The notes: generated from the sequence alone by a model not told the origin. DNA of 64,000 nt from Octopus vulgaris (GCA_951406725.2 OX597814.1:47554001-47618000), one strand, 5' to 3'. Numbered from the stretch's first letter, positions 1 to 14,202 are shown. Program-made: numbers and translations.

Positions 1-988
1 AGACAATATATAGCTAGTTCAAGAAAAGTTGTGCAAGCTTCTAAAAGCGTACATCAATGTTGAGTACTGCAGCCTGGCTTAAGAAATTATCTCTCTCACA
101 AAGTGTATCCAGAAGCAATGTTGTTTCTCCTGGATTTTGGAATGAAGAGGTTAAGTGAACAAGAAACTTTTGTAGTAATTCTTGCTGTGATTCTATTTTG
201 TTAGTGAAATATTTTGTAATATATGCAAAGATTTGTACATTACGACTACATGAGATAACCATGTACCCCCTCTCCTCTCGGTCATGGTCGGGTCGTCGAC
301 GACTAAACCGGCTCCCCTCTTGGTTCAGCTTGCTAGATCTTGGAGGAAAGTGTGAGGACACTCATCAGAATTAAAAATCAGGTTTGTCCAAACAAGGGCA
401 CAGGAGCGCTATCCTTATCCCTCACCACACTAAACTAAAACCCCAACGGTGGATCAAGCGGAGGAAGCCAGATCTCCGAACTCAACGAGTGATCCTAGCG
501 GATGAGGGTGATGCTAGATAAACTAATAATATTGGAGCTAGTGGCATTCCGTTGCAGTCCATCTTCCAGACCTCGTATGTCATTCTAGGAACTGCCGCAG
601 TTGAAGGATTTTGAGCCCTAGTGCGTGTGGATCCCCTTTGCAAGATCTCTACCCTAAACAAACTCACACACACTATTGGCTGGTTTCTTTTTGATCCAAC
701 TCTTCCTACCCTCTCCTTTTTTTCTCTACAAGAAAGAGACTAGGCTGCCTCGTCAAATTTTATATGGTGAACTTTCCACTGGAGGAAGACTCCGTGGCTG
801 TCCCCCTCCGTCGATGCAAAGCCTAAAACTGATTGGAATTCATCCCAGAGTCTGAGACACTGAAGCTCAGGACAGGTCAAGAAAGAAGTGGAGAAACGAT
901 AAGAAAGAAAATGGAGGCTGCAACACTCAACGCCTCCACCACGGATCCCGTGCAAACTTTGCAATAGATGCTTCCATGCAGGAATCGG

Positions 989-1410
<422 letters not shown>

Positions 1411-1450
1411 ATGTGTGTGCGTATATATAGATATATACATACATATATAC

Positions 1451-1493
<43 letters not shown>

Positions 1494-1798
1494 CAAAATG
1501 AGAAAATGGAGAAACATACCTAAATCAATCATCAACCATCAGATAATACCCAATCAATACTTTATTAAACCATTACACAACAGCAATGATATTATACATT
1601 AATATAGTACAAATATAACAAGACATAGAAATAGAAATAGAAAATAGAAAATACATTTACAATATATATATACTTAAGAATTGGGTATGTTCCCACTAGT
1701 AAGCACGTTCACTGCCCGTGGCTACCCTGACGCAATCCACAGTATTTACACATAAGTCGCTGGCTCTACTTCAGGAATTCTTCAGTGTACGTTGAGAA

Positions 1799-2151
1799 TA
1801 TAACAAATGTTAGAGCCGGAAAATGGAATATACGAGAAACTTTATTGCTCACAATGATCGTTTTGATCTATCCTGCGTCAATCCCTCACGGGTGGGATAT
1901 TGTACAACTGTTTCGCTTAATGCAGCATGTTTTAACAAAACATGCTGTATTAAAACCGAGCGAAACAGGATGTATTTAACGAGATACCCCTTATAACATC
2001 ATCTGACGAGGTGCTTCTGCACCGAGGGATGCACCACAACCAGTGTGCAGTGTCCTACTCGTGAGGGATCGATGCAGGATGGATCGAAACGATCGTTGTG
2101 AGCAATAAAGTTTCTCATATATTCCATTTCCGTCTCTGTTATTTGTTTTAT
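1799..2151 (+). mobile_element. Palindromic PLE-pLTR-like element with degenerate hammerhead motifs
   Basis: Arms ~1799-1910 and ~2041-2151 are imperfect inverted repeats, with an inner hairpin at 1908-1968. CTGACGA-GGTGC-TTCT-GCACC lies at 2003-2023, and GAAAC-GATC-GTT at 2086-2097 is followed by AATAAA and (TA)n. Confidence 0.65.
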
Positions 2152-2230
2152 GTATATATATATATGTGTGTGTGTATATATACACTACACACACAAGTAT
2201 ATGTATATGTATGCTTGCCTATCATGTATG

Positions 2231-2262
<32 letters not shown>

Positions 2263-2819
2263 TGGAAAATTTCAATATTTTTAACTTCAACCTTTTGGGT
2301 TCAATTATTCGAGTAAAAATTGAAAGGAAGCGCGTAAGCGAGCAAAGGAGGAGAGAGACTAAGAGTGAGAAAGAAAGAGAGAGGGAGAAAGATTGCGTGT
2401 GTGTGTGTGTGAGAGAGAGAGATAGATTGAGAGAGAGAGAGACAGACAGACAAACAGACTGACAGATAGACAGACAGACTGGCAGGCAGGCAAACTGACA
2501 GTTATAGAGGGGGCGTGCAATTCAGAAGTCAAAGGTAAGCAGCTGGGAAGTATTATGGAGTTATATGTGAAATTCTGACTGGGCGGAGTATTATTTATTT
2601 TTATCTTTATTTTTCTTTTTATACCAAAGACACTTGTTGGGTGTTACCAAAACACGGCTTTCCAAGATAAGATAAACTTGGTTGGTGTATGACATATAAA
2701 ACAAAAGAATAAACTACCAGAGGACCTCTGATGAGATGCCTCTCTTGTACACTTATTTAACTATTTGTAATTGTATTTGATCATACTGTTGCAATATTTC
2801 TGCTCGTATCTTACATGTA

Positions 2820-3094
2820 CAATAATGCCTCAATATACGAGTTAATTCGTTCCAAGAGATCGCTCGTAGAGCGAAAGCTCGTTAAGCAGAACAATAATTT
2901 TCCATAGTAGCAATGAAATTTTATGCTATCATTTTACTCTGTCGCCGTGTAAGACGTGTCAGAAGCAGTGTTGCTACATGTTGCGACGTTGTTACACTAA
3001 AAATGACTGTTTAACCTTTTTGTATTTATTATAAATTAAAACTCGTAAACCCGGGGTATCGTAAAGCGGGTCCTCGTAAAGTGAGGTAATACTG
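2820..3094. mobile_element. pogo/Tigger-type MITE (Tc1/mariner superfamily)
   Basis: TA on both sides. Imperfect TIRs CAATAATGCCTCAATATACGA / TCGTAAAGTGAGGTAATACTG, with repeated subterminal CTCGTA(A/G)AGYG-like motifs. Confidence 0.8.
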
Positions 3095-3183
3095 TATCAC
3101 AAATCTAACGTGTAACTATTAATTTCTTTAATTCTACCACAGATTTCTTTATGATATATAAAAAAAGAAACGAGACAAATTCT

Positions 3184-3556
3184 TTTACTAGTTCCAGTCA
3201 CTGAACTGTTGGCATGCTAGGGTACCTCCTGGAAGAGTTTAGTCAAACAAATCAATTACAGACCTTTTTTTTTTTCCAATCTGGTACCAATTCTAGCGGT
3301 CTTTTTCGCCGAATTGCTAAGATTCGGCAAGAGCGTAAACAAACCAATATCGGATGTCAACCGGGGAGAAATAAAAAAAAGAACGCAAGCACACACTCAC
3401 ACACACGCACGCACAAACAAACACACACGCGCACGCACACGCACACATGTATATACGATGGGCATCCACACAGTTTCTGTCAACCATATTCAACTACAAG
3501 ACTTTTGATGACATTTGCATAAATTGCTATACGATGGGACTGAACCCGAAACCACA
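3184..3556 (-). mobile_element. SINE family A (tRNA-derived), diverged copy
   Basis: Reverse complement matches the family A body (GGTTCAGTCCCA B-box; ...GACTGGAACTAGTAAAAG tail) with an internal microsatellite. Confidence 0.8.
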
Positions 3557-3623
3557 CTCTCTGCGCCCCACTCTCTGTCTGTCTGTCTCTCTCTCTCTGA
3601 CACACACGCGCGGGCAGACACAT

Positions 3624-3679
<56 letters not shown>

Positions 3680-3682
3680 ATA

Positions 3683-3873
3683 GGCACGGCTCTGGATGTG
3701 TGGTAAGAAGCTTTCTTCCCAACCCCATGGTTCCAGGTTCAGTCCCACAGCGTGACACCTTTAGCAAGTGTCTTTTACTATGGCCTCGGACTGACCAAAG
3801 CCTTGTGAGTGGGTTTGATAAATGGAAGCTGATAAAGCCCGTCATATATACGCATATATATATATATATATAT

Positions 3874-3923
<50 letters not shown>

Positions 3924-4158
3924 CATACATACATACATATATATGTGTGTGTGTGTTTGTCCCCCACTACCGCTTGACAGCTGATGCTGGCATGTTTATG
4001 TCCTCGTAACTTAGCGGTGCTGCAAAAGAGACCGATAGAATAAGTATCAGGCTTCTAAAAAGCAAGTACTGGGGTCGATACATTCGACTGAAAATTCTTC
4101 AAGGCGGTGCTCCAGTATGGCCACAGTCTATTGACTGAAACAGGTAAACGATGAAAGA
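3683..4158 (+). mobile_element. SINE family A
   Basis: A-box-like TGGATGTGTGGTAAG, B-box GGTTCAGTCCC, family body, internal (TA)/(GATA)/(TG) expansion and tail ...GACTGAAACAGGTAAA. Confidence 0.9.
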
Positions 4159-4174
4159 CACACACACAAACACA

Positions 4175-4230
<56 letters not shown>

Positions 4231-4454
4231 GCCACCCTAATTTTATTAAAACATCAAGTAAACCAATAATTGTCTTAGAGACAAAATTTATTAATAAAAA
4301 AGTTTACTAATTTGAAAATGGTGAATACCATTTTCTTAAATGAAATATCTTTCAATTAAATTTTATTAAAAGAACACCGTATGCTGCAGACCCCAGGGCT
4401 CTAGGAAATAGTAGGGGTGACATAATACCGATATTTGTAAAGATGAAGTATATC

Positions 4455-4685
4455 TCTGGTCAGTAAGTCATCTGTTGAGGTTGTCCCTCTTGTTTAGTCC
4501 TGGTCATCTCTAACCGAGTACCTCTGGTCAAAGACGCTCCAATTGCAATATCTTATCTTTTTATCTACAGAATTACATCGTCCGATGTATTCTTCACTTT
4601 ATTTCAAAGACAGTAGCGTACGATTTGATATGATTTGGCAACTATTTCTTGCAGGTCGAGCAAACATGTTGAGGAAGACTCGTTG
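4455..4685 (+). repeat. Old dispersed repeat (family F, probable SINE/LINE 3' part)
   Basis: A motif like GATTTGAGGGAGATTTGGCTGCTATTTCTAGCAGGTCGAGC recurs in diverged form at ~33625-33700, ~56850-56915 and ~61085-61160, and inverted at ~40535-40575 and ~56225-56280. Confidence 0.55.
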
Positions 4686-4745
4686 ATTTGCATGTTTTCC
4701 CATTGAATTATAAACATAGAATTTATAAAGACAAAATGAAATATT

Positions 4746-5146
4746 TATTTCTTTATTGCCCACAAGTGGCTAAACATAGAGGGAACAAACAAGGACAAAG
4801 GGATTAAGTCGATTACATCGACCCCAGTGCGTAATTTAATCGACACTGAAAGGATGAAAGGCAAAGTCGACCTCGGTGGAATTTGAACTCAGAACGTAAC
4901 GGCAGACGAAATACCTATTCTTTTACTGCCCACAAGGGGCTACACACAGAGGGGACAAACAAGGATAGACAAAGGGATTAAGTCGATTACATCGACCCCA
5001 GTGCATAACTGGTACTTATTTAATCGACCCCGAAAGGATGAAAGGCAAAGTCGACCTCGGCGGAATTTGAACTCTGAACGTAACGGCAGACGAAATACTG
5101 CTAAGCATTTCACCCGGCGTGCTAACGTTTCTGCTAGCTCGCCGCC
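4746..5146 (-). mobile_element. SINE family B (tRNA-derived), dimeric
   Basis: Reverse complement reads GGCGGCGAGCTAGCAGAAACGTTAGCA...GAGTTCAAATTCC...GTCGACTTTGCCTTTCATCCTTTCGGGGTCG. The body is present twice, joined at ~4915. Confidence 0.92.
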
Positions 5147-5737
5147 CTGACAACATGAAATATTGTATGCCATTAGATCTTACAATTGTACACCATGTCT
5201 GTTTTACCAAATCTCACTCGATTAGCAAGTAATTAAACATAATCTTTTTTACATTTATTTTATTGGACCTAAAGTTTCGAGTGAGAGTCTCGAGAGTTGA
5301 TATGAAGTCAAATGCACTAACTTCGTTTCTACATAATGGTACGCAGTTAATACCATTCAGTTTTGCTAACAAATCAATAATTATTGATCTTTCACTTTCT
5401 CTTGTTTGCTTGACAATTTATCAAGAGTTATCAGGCTTTCACTTTGATAGACGCATGGATGAAAGCAGATTCGTCGGTCTTGTGATTGTTTAGTCACGTT
5501 AGTACTGACGCATTGGTTAATGCAGTCATAAATAGACATTGTTTGAAATAAAAGCTGGAATGGTCATGACTGGAATACTTTTGATCATAAGTCTACTTGA
5601 TCAGAAGTTACATCAGTAGCAACAATAACAACAACAACAAAATACTAAGCAACGTTACAAACCATATAGAACAATGACTAGAACTACAATTAATAGAACA
5701 ATGACTAGAACTACAATTAATATACATCGCTCTAAGG

Positions 5738-6677
5738 CAGGGGTGGGGAACACCCTGCCTGCGGGCGCAATTGCGCCCGTAAGCCCATTCTATTTCGCCC
5801 GCAGGCTGATATACTCGTATATACAAAATATACTCTTTTACTCTTTTACTTGTTTCAGTCATTTACTGCGGCCATGCTGGAGCACCGCCTTTAGTCGAGC
5901 AAATCGACCCCAGGACTTATTCTTTGTAAGCCTAATACTTATTCTATCGGTCTCTTTTGCCGAACCGCTAAGTTAAGGGGACGTAAACACACCAGCATCG
6001 GTTGTCAAGCGATCTTGGGGGGGGGACAAACACATGCACATATATATGCATATATACGACGGGCTTCTTTCAGTTTCCGTCTACCAAATCCACTCACAAG
6101 GCATTGGTCGGCCCGAGGCTATAGTAGAAGACACTTGCCCAAGGTGCCACGCAGTGGGACTGAACCCGGAACCATGTGGTTGGTAAGCAAGCTACTTACC
6201 ACACAGCCACTCCTATAGCAAATTTTTCAATTATAAAATTTATGCAATATTCGTATGCCTATATGCGACATAGGTTACGTTTCACTACGACTTAAAACGG
6301 ATAGGCTCGAACAGAAAATCGTCCGGTAACTGCCATTTGAATGGAAATTTTGTTTTCACTATAAAACATATATTGTTAGGTTTATATCACCCCCTTGAGA
6401 CCCAACTACGCTCTAGCTGAAAAATATAGTATACCTCATAAGTAATATATATGTCTTAAATTCAGTGGTAGCGTTAATAAAGATGTTACAGCGTTAATGA
6501 AGATGTTACGCGTTAATTTAATGTGTTAAACTTATCTTTATTAATGTATGTTGAATTATATATAGATATATAAAAGATCTACACATATATAAGAGTTAGA
6601 ACTTGTGATTCGACCGCGGACCTTTTTTTATTTTTGGAAATTTTTGCCCGCCGCACTAAGAGGTTTCCCCACTCCTG
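5738..6677. mobile_element. hAT (Charlie-like) non-autonomous element
   Basis: Perfect 8-bp TSD CTCTAAGG at 5730-5737 and 6678-6685. TIRs CAGGGGTGGGGAAC / GTTTCCCCACTCCTG. Contains a nested SINE A. Confidence 0.92.
5831..6214 (-). mobile_element. SINE family A, near-consensus, nested in the hAT element
   Basis: Highly similar to the reverse complement of the copy at 36884-37317, including the (AAAAGAGT)n tail. Confidence 0.93.
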
Positions 6678-6681
6678 CTCT

Positions 6682-6890
6682 AAGGCGTCGAGTTGGCAGA
6701 ATCGTTAAGCACACTAGGCAAAATGCTTCGTGTTATCTCGTTCGTTTTTACGTTGTGTTGAAATTTCGCCGAGGTCGACTTTGCTTTTCATCTCTTCGGG
6801 TCGATAAAATAAGTACTAGTTGAATACTAGGATCGATGTTACGCCTCCCCTAAAATTGCTGACCCTGTATCAAAATTTGAAACCAATATA
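6682..6890 (+). mobile_element. SINE family B, diverged
   Basis: AAGGCGTCGAGTTGGCAGAATCGTT head and GAGGTCGACTTTGCTTTTCATC core. Confidence 0.85.
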
Positions 6891-7723
6891 CATCATTCTA
6901 ATTAGTAGAGTATTAAATATCCTTGTCATTACAGTGTTGCTATAACATCGCATTATATCTTGCACAGATGAAAACTGTAAGAGGGTTAGCAGATAGATAA
7001 CATTGTACCGTGCATATGTTTCGTTAAAATACGCAGAGTTAATAAAAAGAATAAAAGAACTTGACAAATACTAAAACACCAACATAAAAGCAAAAAGATT
7101 AAAGAAGTCATTACTTTGTTTTCAGTCTTAGAAAAAAGTAAAGTGTGTGTGTGTGTCTGTGACAGAGAGAGAGGAGTGACAACAAAGACGATGCAAAGCA
7201 ATAGACGCACACATAACCTTTAAAATCAGTTAATCAAATAAATGTGATATCAAGTAATAGAAGGTATGAACAAGTCAGATATTCATTCAAATCAATGTCA
7301 GTAAAACAAAATAAAAGATGAACAGCCGGTTATTAATGGCATCAAAGCATTTATATATTAGTTATACAGATGTAAGTATAAAGATAACTAAACACAAAAA
7401 GAAACAGGAAAAGTCCACAGTAGTTCTTCGTAGACAGATGGATATTTGAAAAGTTTGTGTAATTCATATAATGAATTTCAAAAGTAAAACTAGACAAGTA
7501 TTGAAGATGTTAAACGTAGACGTTCTGGACTACTGTTGTATAGTTTTGAAATCAAAAGAAAAAACAGCATAACGGAAAACATTAAAAAATGTTTTACATT
7601 TATCTTTTAAATAATGTTCTAAAGAAAACTACCTCTGTATACCTTTAAATACGCATAAATTGTTATACACACATACACAAACACACAGAAACTCACGCAC
7701 AGAAACACAAAAACGCGCGCGCA

Positions 7724-7810
<87 letters not shown>

Positions 7811-8053
7811 GCACACACGCACTCGCACACGCACACACTCGAACACGCACGCACACAATTTATATCAGTCAGCCGGAACCATATAAATCCGTGTGATCAA
7901 ACTACAAATTTGATCACACGAAAGATATGTCTGAATCCTAAATCGGCCATTTTAATCAGCCCCCCCTCTCTCTCTCTCACTCTCTGTGTGCGCGCGCTTC
8001 TGTGTGTATGAATGCTTGTCTACGACACATGCTGGTAACCACTAATATATATA

Positions 8054-8124
<71 letters not shown>

Positions 8125-8132
8125 TTGTACAT

Positions 8133-8178
<46 letters not shown>

Positions 8179-8774
8179 ATATATTTGCTGGCTATCTGAT
8201 GATTGCCCTACTTATACAATCATGTAAGACCGTCTAACGTACATTCAAGCGCACATGCAAACGCACGCACACATATAACATAAACACGAGTAAACTGATA
8301 GGTAAATGGGTACATTTTAATTTACACGTGTATATAATTAAATATTTGTATGTGTATATTCATATACATACACACACGCACGCACACACACACACACACA
8401 CACACATGAAATTCGATGAAATATTTTGGTATGTTTTTATATGTAAGTGTATGTGTTTTTACACGTGTAACGTAAATGTAAACATATGTGTATCTATGTA
8501 TTTAAGTCTAAGCACTTCGTTTCGTGGTTGAATCAGCTTCATCTGACAGAACACCAACCATAAAATCACACAGATATCTTGGAATAAGAGTGAAAGGAAT
8601 AAACACGAAGAAAGACTCTCTCCTTTCTCAGAGCGCCAAGATAATACATTTTTGTGCACGTCCGCACGTTCGTTTTTTTTACGTTCTTTTATTCGTTTAT
8701 TTGAATTGACTATATATAGCTACCACACAACACAGCACACACACAGTTACCAGCACACGCACACACACACACTA

Positions 8775-8846
<72 letters not shown>

Positions 8847-8863
8847 GTCTATCTGTCTATCTA

Positions 8864-8936
<73 letters not shown>

Positions 8937-8941
<5 letters not shown>

Positions 8942-9153
8942 TAATCCAAATAAGAAAGCACACAAAAAACACAACAACGCGAGGACGTGGAACAAATATA
9001 GTATTATTGGCCGCCCAGGAAAGAAGGAAAGAAGGAGGGTTTAACGTTTCGAGCGGAGCTTTTCGTCGGAAACATAGGAGAAGGAAAGACCCAGAGAAGG
9101 GAAGACAGAAGAAAAAAATCGCCAACGGTACACACGATGTCATGCACACACGT

Positions 9154-9186
<33 letters not shown>

Positions 9187-9254
9187 CAGCCAGAGAGACA
9201 GTGACAGAGAGAGGGAGAGAGAGGCACACACACGCACCCATACACACGTGCACT

Positions 9255-9288
<34 letters not shown>

Positions 9289-10070
9289 CACATTGCTACT
9301 CCATCTACGTACACATGTCAACATACACACACCCGCGCGCACAAACACAATCGCACCACCCATTCACACACCTGTCACTATAGCTGCTGACCTCTTAGAG
9401 CGACATTAACACACACGCACATTGATCCTACCACACGCACACATATCCTACCACATCCACACAGATCCTACCGCACACACACACACACACAGACAACTTA
9501 CACAAACACAAACATACACGCTACCACACAACACACTACATACACAGTTATCACCACACGCACACACAAACACACACGCAGTTACAGCCACACATACACA
9601 CGCTACCATACATATACACGCCACCAGACACACAGTCACCACCGCACACACACGCACTTACTGCCACAGACACAAACACGCTAGCATACATACGCTACCA
9701 CACACACACGCTACCACACACACACACGCTACCACACACACGCTACCGCACACTCGCTACTGCACGCACACACACACATACCTACCTACCATCTTCATAT
9801 TCTCCTGTACCAGAAAGCACTTTCTCTTCTTTCCTTCTACTTCCGGTCACTTCAGAAATGTGACCGAACGTGGACTGTTGGCGATTTTTTCCCCTACTTC
9901 TTCCTTCTTTCTCTTTGGACTTCCCTGATTTTCCTGTTTCCGTAGAAGAGCTACGCGCGAAACGTAAAACAACTACTCTCATCTTTCTCTGAGCGTCATA
10001 TTAATACATTGTTTGTGCTACGTCTTCACGTTTGTTTTTTCATCTTTTTCTGTTTTTTTTTACATGACTA
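8937..10070. mobile_element. PLE-pLTR-like family E: inverted pair around a CA-rich interior
   Basis: 8937-9125 is the reverse complement of 51177-51366. 9877-10070 is a diverged + copy. Both carry HHR-like motifs (9039-9073 on -, 9936-9970 on +), and the whole is flanked by TA-rich tracts. Confidence 0.7.
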
Positions 10071-10131
10071 TATTTCATTATTATTATTTTATTATATATA
10101 TGTATATGTGTGTGTATGATTATAATATATA

Positions 10132-10248
<117 letters not shown>

Positions 10249-10466
10249 GAGGTATTGGTATCTAGAAGATCCAAAGAGTGGAAGGTAACGCTAAGTAAGT
10301 GCCATGGACAGACAGTAGTTAAACTCTTGGTTCGATAGTGATACGAGTGAGGAGTCTAATGTGGGTGTCGTACTAGCATGCATATATATATTATACAAAA
10401 TGAGATAACAAAGCCAAGGCTGTGAGGAGTTTTCAGGACATTTATAAAGAAAAAGATATAGATATA

Positions 10467-10514
10467 GTCTTACAGCTGTTTCTTGGATATCATGGATATC
10501 CCTTCATCAGAAAC
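10467..10514 (-). ncRNA. Minimal type-I hammerhead ribozyme, intact core
   Basis: Reverse complement: GTTT CTGATGA AG GGATATC-CAT-GATATCC AA GAAAC-AGCT-GTA AGAC. This gives stem I, the CUGAUGA core, a 7-bp stem II, GAAA, a palindromic loop III and a GUA site. Confidence 0.8.
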
Positions 10515-10558
10515 GATGTGAGATGGTTAAATAGAGGTAAATATTTGACTTCGAAGTG

Positions 10559-10820
10559 CACACTCACATACAAAATGTGTCGTTGTCGTGGTATAAAATG
10601 TCCTTCACTACGTAGTTCATAGCAAACGCGTAAACACATACACTCAGAGACACGTATACACTCATATGCAAAATGTGTCATGGTGGTAGTGGTAGTATAA
10701 AATGTTCCTTTACTATCTCGTACGTAACGAACGCGCAAACTCACACGAACTGACAAACACATACTCACTCATATACAAAATGTGCCGTGATGGTAATGGT
10801 ATAAAATGTCCTTTACTATC
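10559..10820 (+). repeat. Minisatellite, ~3 diverged units of ~100-107 bp
   Basis: CACTCAYATRCAAAATGTGYC...GTATAAAATGT(T)CCTTYACTA recurs at ~10561, ~10659 and ~10766. Confidence 0.8.
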
Positions 10821-11704
10821 ATTGCTATTATTATTTCAAATTTCGCAGGCTTCTAAAGGAGTTTGCGAAACTTTAAGTCGCATAGAGCCGAATCAAACTG
10901 TTTTAATAGCAATATACGTGACTTCTACTAAATGTGCTGGGTGCTTTTTCATTCGTTTGTTCACTCACTCGTACATACATACACACATACATATAAATGT
11001 GTGTGGGTGTGTGTGTATAAAACTTACTGTTAATAAAAGCTAGAGTTCGTTGCGTTCCGTTACTTAGTAAATGAAGAAATGTATTGTAAATAAACAACAA
11101 CAGGGTAAAATACGTACAACGTATACTGAGTGTACTACCGGGCGGGAGACAAGCACAGAAGGTCCCTAATTCTTCATTATTTATCAACCAGATAGTATTA
11201 CTCAGTTTCGCACCTTCAATGATAAGATTGAGAACTTCCCATGCTGGTGGTGCCCGCGAAAGTTGCGGAGAATATAGGGACCGAGAGCAAGTGAAACAAT
11301 ATAGAGTGGACATACGAAAGTGAATAAATGTAATTTAAGACGATGGACAAAGACGAAACAAATAAGAAACAAGAAAAATATAGCCTTAGGGCCAAAATGA
11401 CAAGAAGGGTAGGTAACGCTTAGAAGGCATCCTAAAGGATTAGAAGACAACAAATAGCAAGACAGTGGGACACAAAGAATTCAGGACCAGTCAACCATGC
11501 AACCGGTGTGAAAAAGGGAGAGAAAGAAGGACTGGTCACGGGTCACGTGTCAGCAGCAGGCAGAGGAAAGAAAGGACAAGAGAGAGAGAGAGAGAGGGGG
11601 GAGAGACAGAGAGAAAATTTGGCTAGTTTCGCCTCGAGAGTGTGTGTATGTATGTATATATAGACATACATACATAGATATATACATATGTATGTCTATA
11701 TCTG

Positions 11705-11786
<82 letters not shown>

Positions 11787-12095
11787 ACTATATATATAAT
11801 TCTATTGACTAGCTTTCTACATTTTGAATATAAGCGTGCCCGAAATATTTCAGAAATAGTACATTTTATCTTAATTTTCTTTGCATATTTATTTTCATAC
11901 TTACCTTCAACAGTGTAGTACAATTTTTGTGATATTTGGACCTCTATTTATTAAAGAAAACGGTTAGACAATTTTTGTTTGTTATTTCTTGACGAAAAAG
12001 AAACATGACTTCCGTGACGTCAACACATACAAAATACACACACATATAATGAATGACATGGCGCGTCAATGAACACAAACGCATGTCCGCTATCT

Positions 12096-12215
12096 AACTT
12101 TTCCAATGAATTATATGGATAAGAGAAAACTAAGAATCTGAAGTTAAACATCTCTTCTACCCATTCGTATCAGACAGTTAAGATTATTTTCTAATTAACA
12201 CATACCAAGTGTTTC
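12096..12215 (+). repeat. 120-bp block, inverted copy of 17067-17186
   Basis: Direct comparison shows 2 mismatches in 120 bp; the flanks are dissimilar. Confidence 0.95.
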
Positions 12216-12914
12216 GTCTTTGCAGTCTCTAAGAAAAAACAAAAAAGTCGACTTTTTGACGTACACATTTTAATCGTTTGGAAATATTTTTAGCTGAATG
12301 TGATTTCAAAAATCTAAATTGTTTGTACAGTATCTATATTTTATCTTTATTTAAACAGACATTTTTATGTTTTTTTAAAATTATTTTCAAGTGAATGGCG
12401 ATCTTTCGCTTTAACTTTCGGAACTGTCATCCAGTGTTCGTTAATTTCCGTTAAATTTTTTATTTATTTACTTTTGTTTTAAAGTGAGAGAGAGGAGAAA
12501 GTGAAAGTTGTATGTACGTGTATATGAAATGGACGTGTGTCTGAAAGAGAGAGAGAGAGAGAGAAGAAGAAGAGAGAGAAGGGAAGAGAGAGAGAGAGAG
12601 AGAGCGAAAGAGAGTACGTGAAGGGGTGTTTTGTCATGTATACGTACATACATCAATACATATGCGTACATCTTTTTTTGTATGTACATTGTTTAAAACA
12701 AAAGTAAATGAATACAACAGCTATTTGCGAAACAGGACCCGAAATACCTGTTATGTGGTAGCAGGGTGTGCAAGAAATGGTAGCCAAATCTTTCCTTTCC
12801 TGGGGAAAGATGTTTGTGCTTGATTTCGATCTCACATTCGTTGAAAGCAAGCGAAATAATGTGAAAATAAAAAAGAAAACCATGAAACAAAACTCAGTTG
12901 CTGGGAAACTCAGA

Positions 12915-14100
12915 CTTTCCAGATGACCCAACGGGTCACGATTAGTCTAGTCAATCTGGCACGCATTCCCGCAACTCGTCTCCATGACCGAACTGCAGTC
13001 GTGGATCAAAAAGAGGCCGAGGAAGGGCGAATGGCACCGCGAGTGTCGCGTTGCTCTCAAGCAACTCTGCCGTCCCGGGTCGACCTTGAGTGACTTCAAC
13101 ACAACCAAAGCATTCTATAGGGGATTAGTGGAGGGGAAGGTACGACGACGATCTCGGGGCAAACCTGGGCGTCGACGAGGAATACCTGACCCGCCTGTTT
13201 CAAACGACTTTCGGCCCGGGACCTATGGACAACTTCCAGAGATCCCTGGCCTGGCGGTGCTACCGAGAAGCGCTACCCGTTCGGGATAAGCTCTATAGGC
13301 ATGGCTCGAGAAACACGGGGCCGACCTGCCCGAGATGCGGGCAGAGCGACGAAACCGCTCTGCACGCAATCGTGCAGTGTCCAGCAATTTCCGACCTGTG
13401 GGCTTACGTCGAACGACTGCTGTCACGTGTGGGACGTGTCGGTTTATCAGCCGAGTCTATCGTTAATATCGTCACGCCTCCTTCCTTCAAACGGGAGGGA
13501 AGAGCTATTTTTATCATACTTGTGGCTATGGCGAAAGAATGTATCTGGTGGACGTACCTGAAAGGATTAGAGACAAACACTTTCCTCTCTGGTCAATCTC
13601 TCATCAACTTCTTCAAGTATCACTTGAAGAGGAAAGTGAGAGTAGAGAGGCAAGTTTTGTCTAGTGAATGTTTTAAAAAAAGATGGGTGAATGTAGCAAG
13701 GATGACACGTATGAATGACGAAGCCACCTTGACTATGATTCTATGAACCGTAAAAATTAATACAGAGAGTTGCTTATTTGCAAAAAAAAAAAGAAATATA
13801 ACATGTGACTTCATTGACCGAGGTTACCGTGGTATTTTCCGTAGGCTTTTCCTTCCACGGGTAAACCTCACCTGTCCTCCCCTTTACACTTCATATTGAC
13901 ATTTCTGTGATTATGATCCCTATTGACCAACTTTTTTTTCCTCTCCCCTTTTCTTCCCCCCCTTTTTTTGTCTTCTTTCTTTCCTTTTAAGATCCCTTTT
14001 GATCGAAAACCAACCCCCCTTTTTTTTACCCCCAAAAGAAAAGCTCTACCTTGTAATTTGTTCTGTCTGTGTGCAGCCCTGTGTGGCTAATAAAGAAACA
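12915..14100 (+). mobile_element. L1/Tx1-clade LINE, 5'-truncated (ORF2 C-terminus + 3' UTR)
   Basis: ORF 13225-13746 has the zf-RVT pattern (W..YREALPVRDKL...CPRC....ETALHAIVQC). There is a frameshift relative to ORF 12984-13289. A pyrimidine-rich UTR and AATAAA at ~14088 lead into (TATC)n. Confidence 0.9.
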
Positions 14101-14126
14101 TATCTATCCATCTATATCTTTATCTC

Positions 14127-14185
<59 letters not shown>

Positions 14186-14202
14186 CTGTCTCTCTCTCTC
14201 TA

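Noticed and set aside
41-361. 106-aa minus-strand ORF
   Set aside because: No recognisable domain. It may be a decayed retroelement ORF1, but I cannot support that by eye.
10559-10820. Repeat-spacer appearance suggesting a CRISPR array
   Set aside because: Eukaryotic context, diverged ~50-bp repeats, related spacers and no cas genes; it is a minisatellite.
11090-11580. Possible hammerhead on the minus strand (GCACC...GGTGC GAAAC TGA GTA)
   Set aside because: No CUGANGA-like core in the right place; at most a decayed pLTR.
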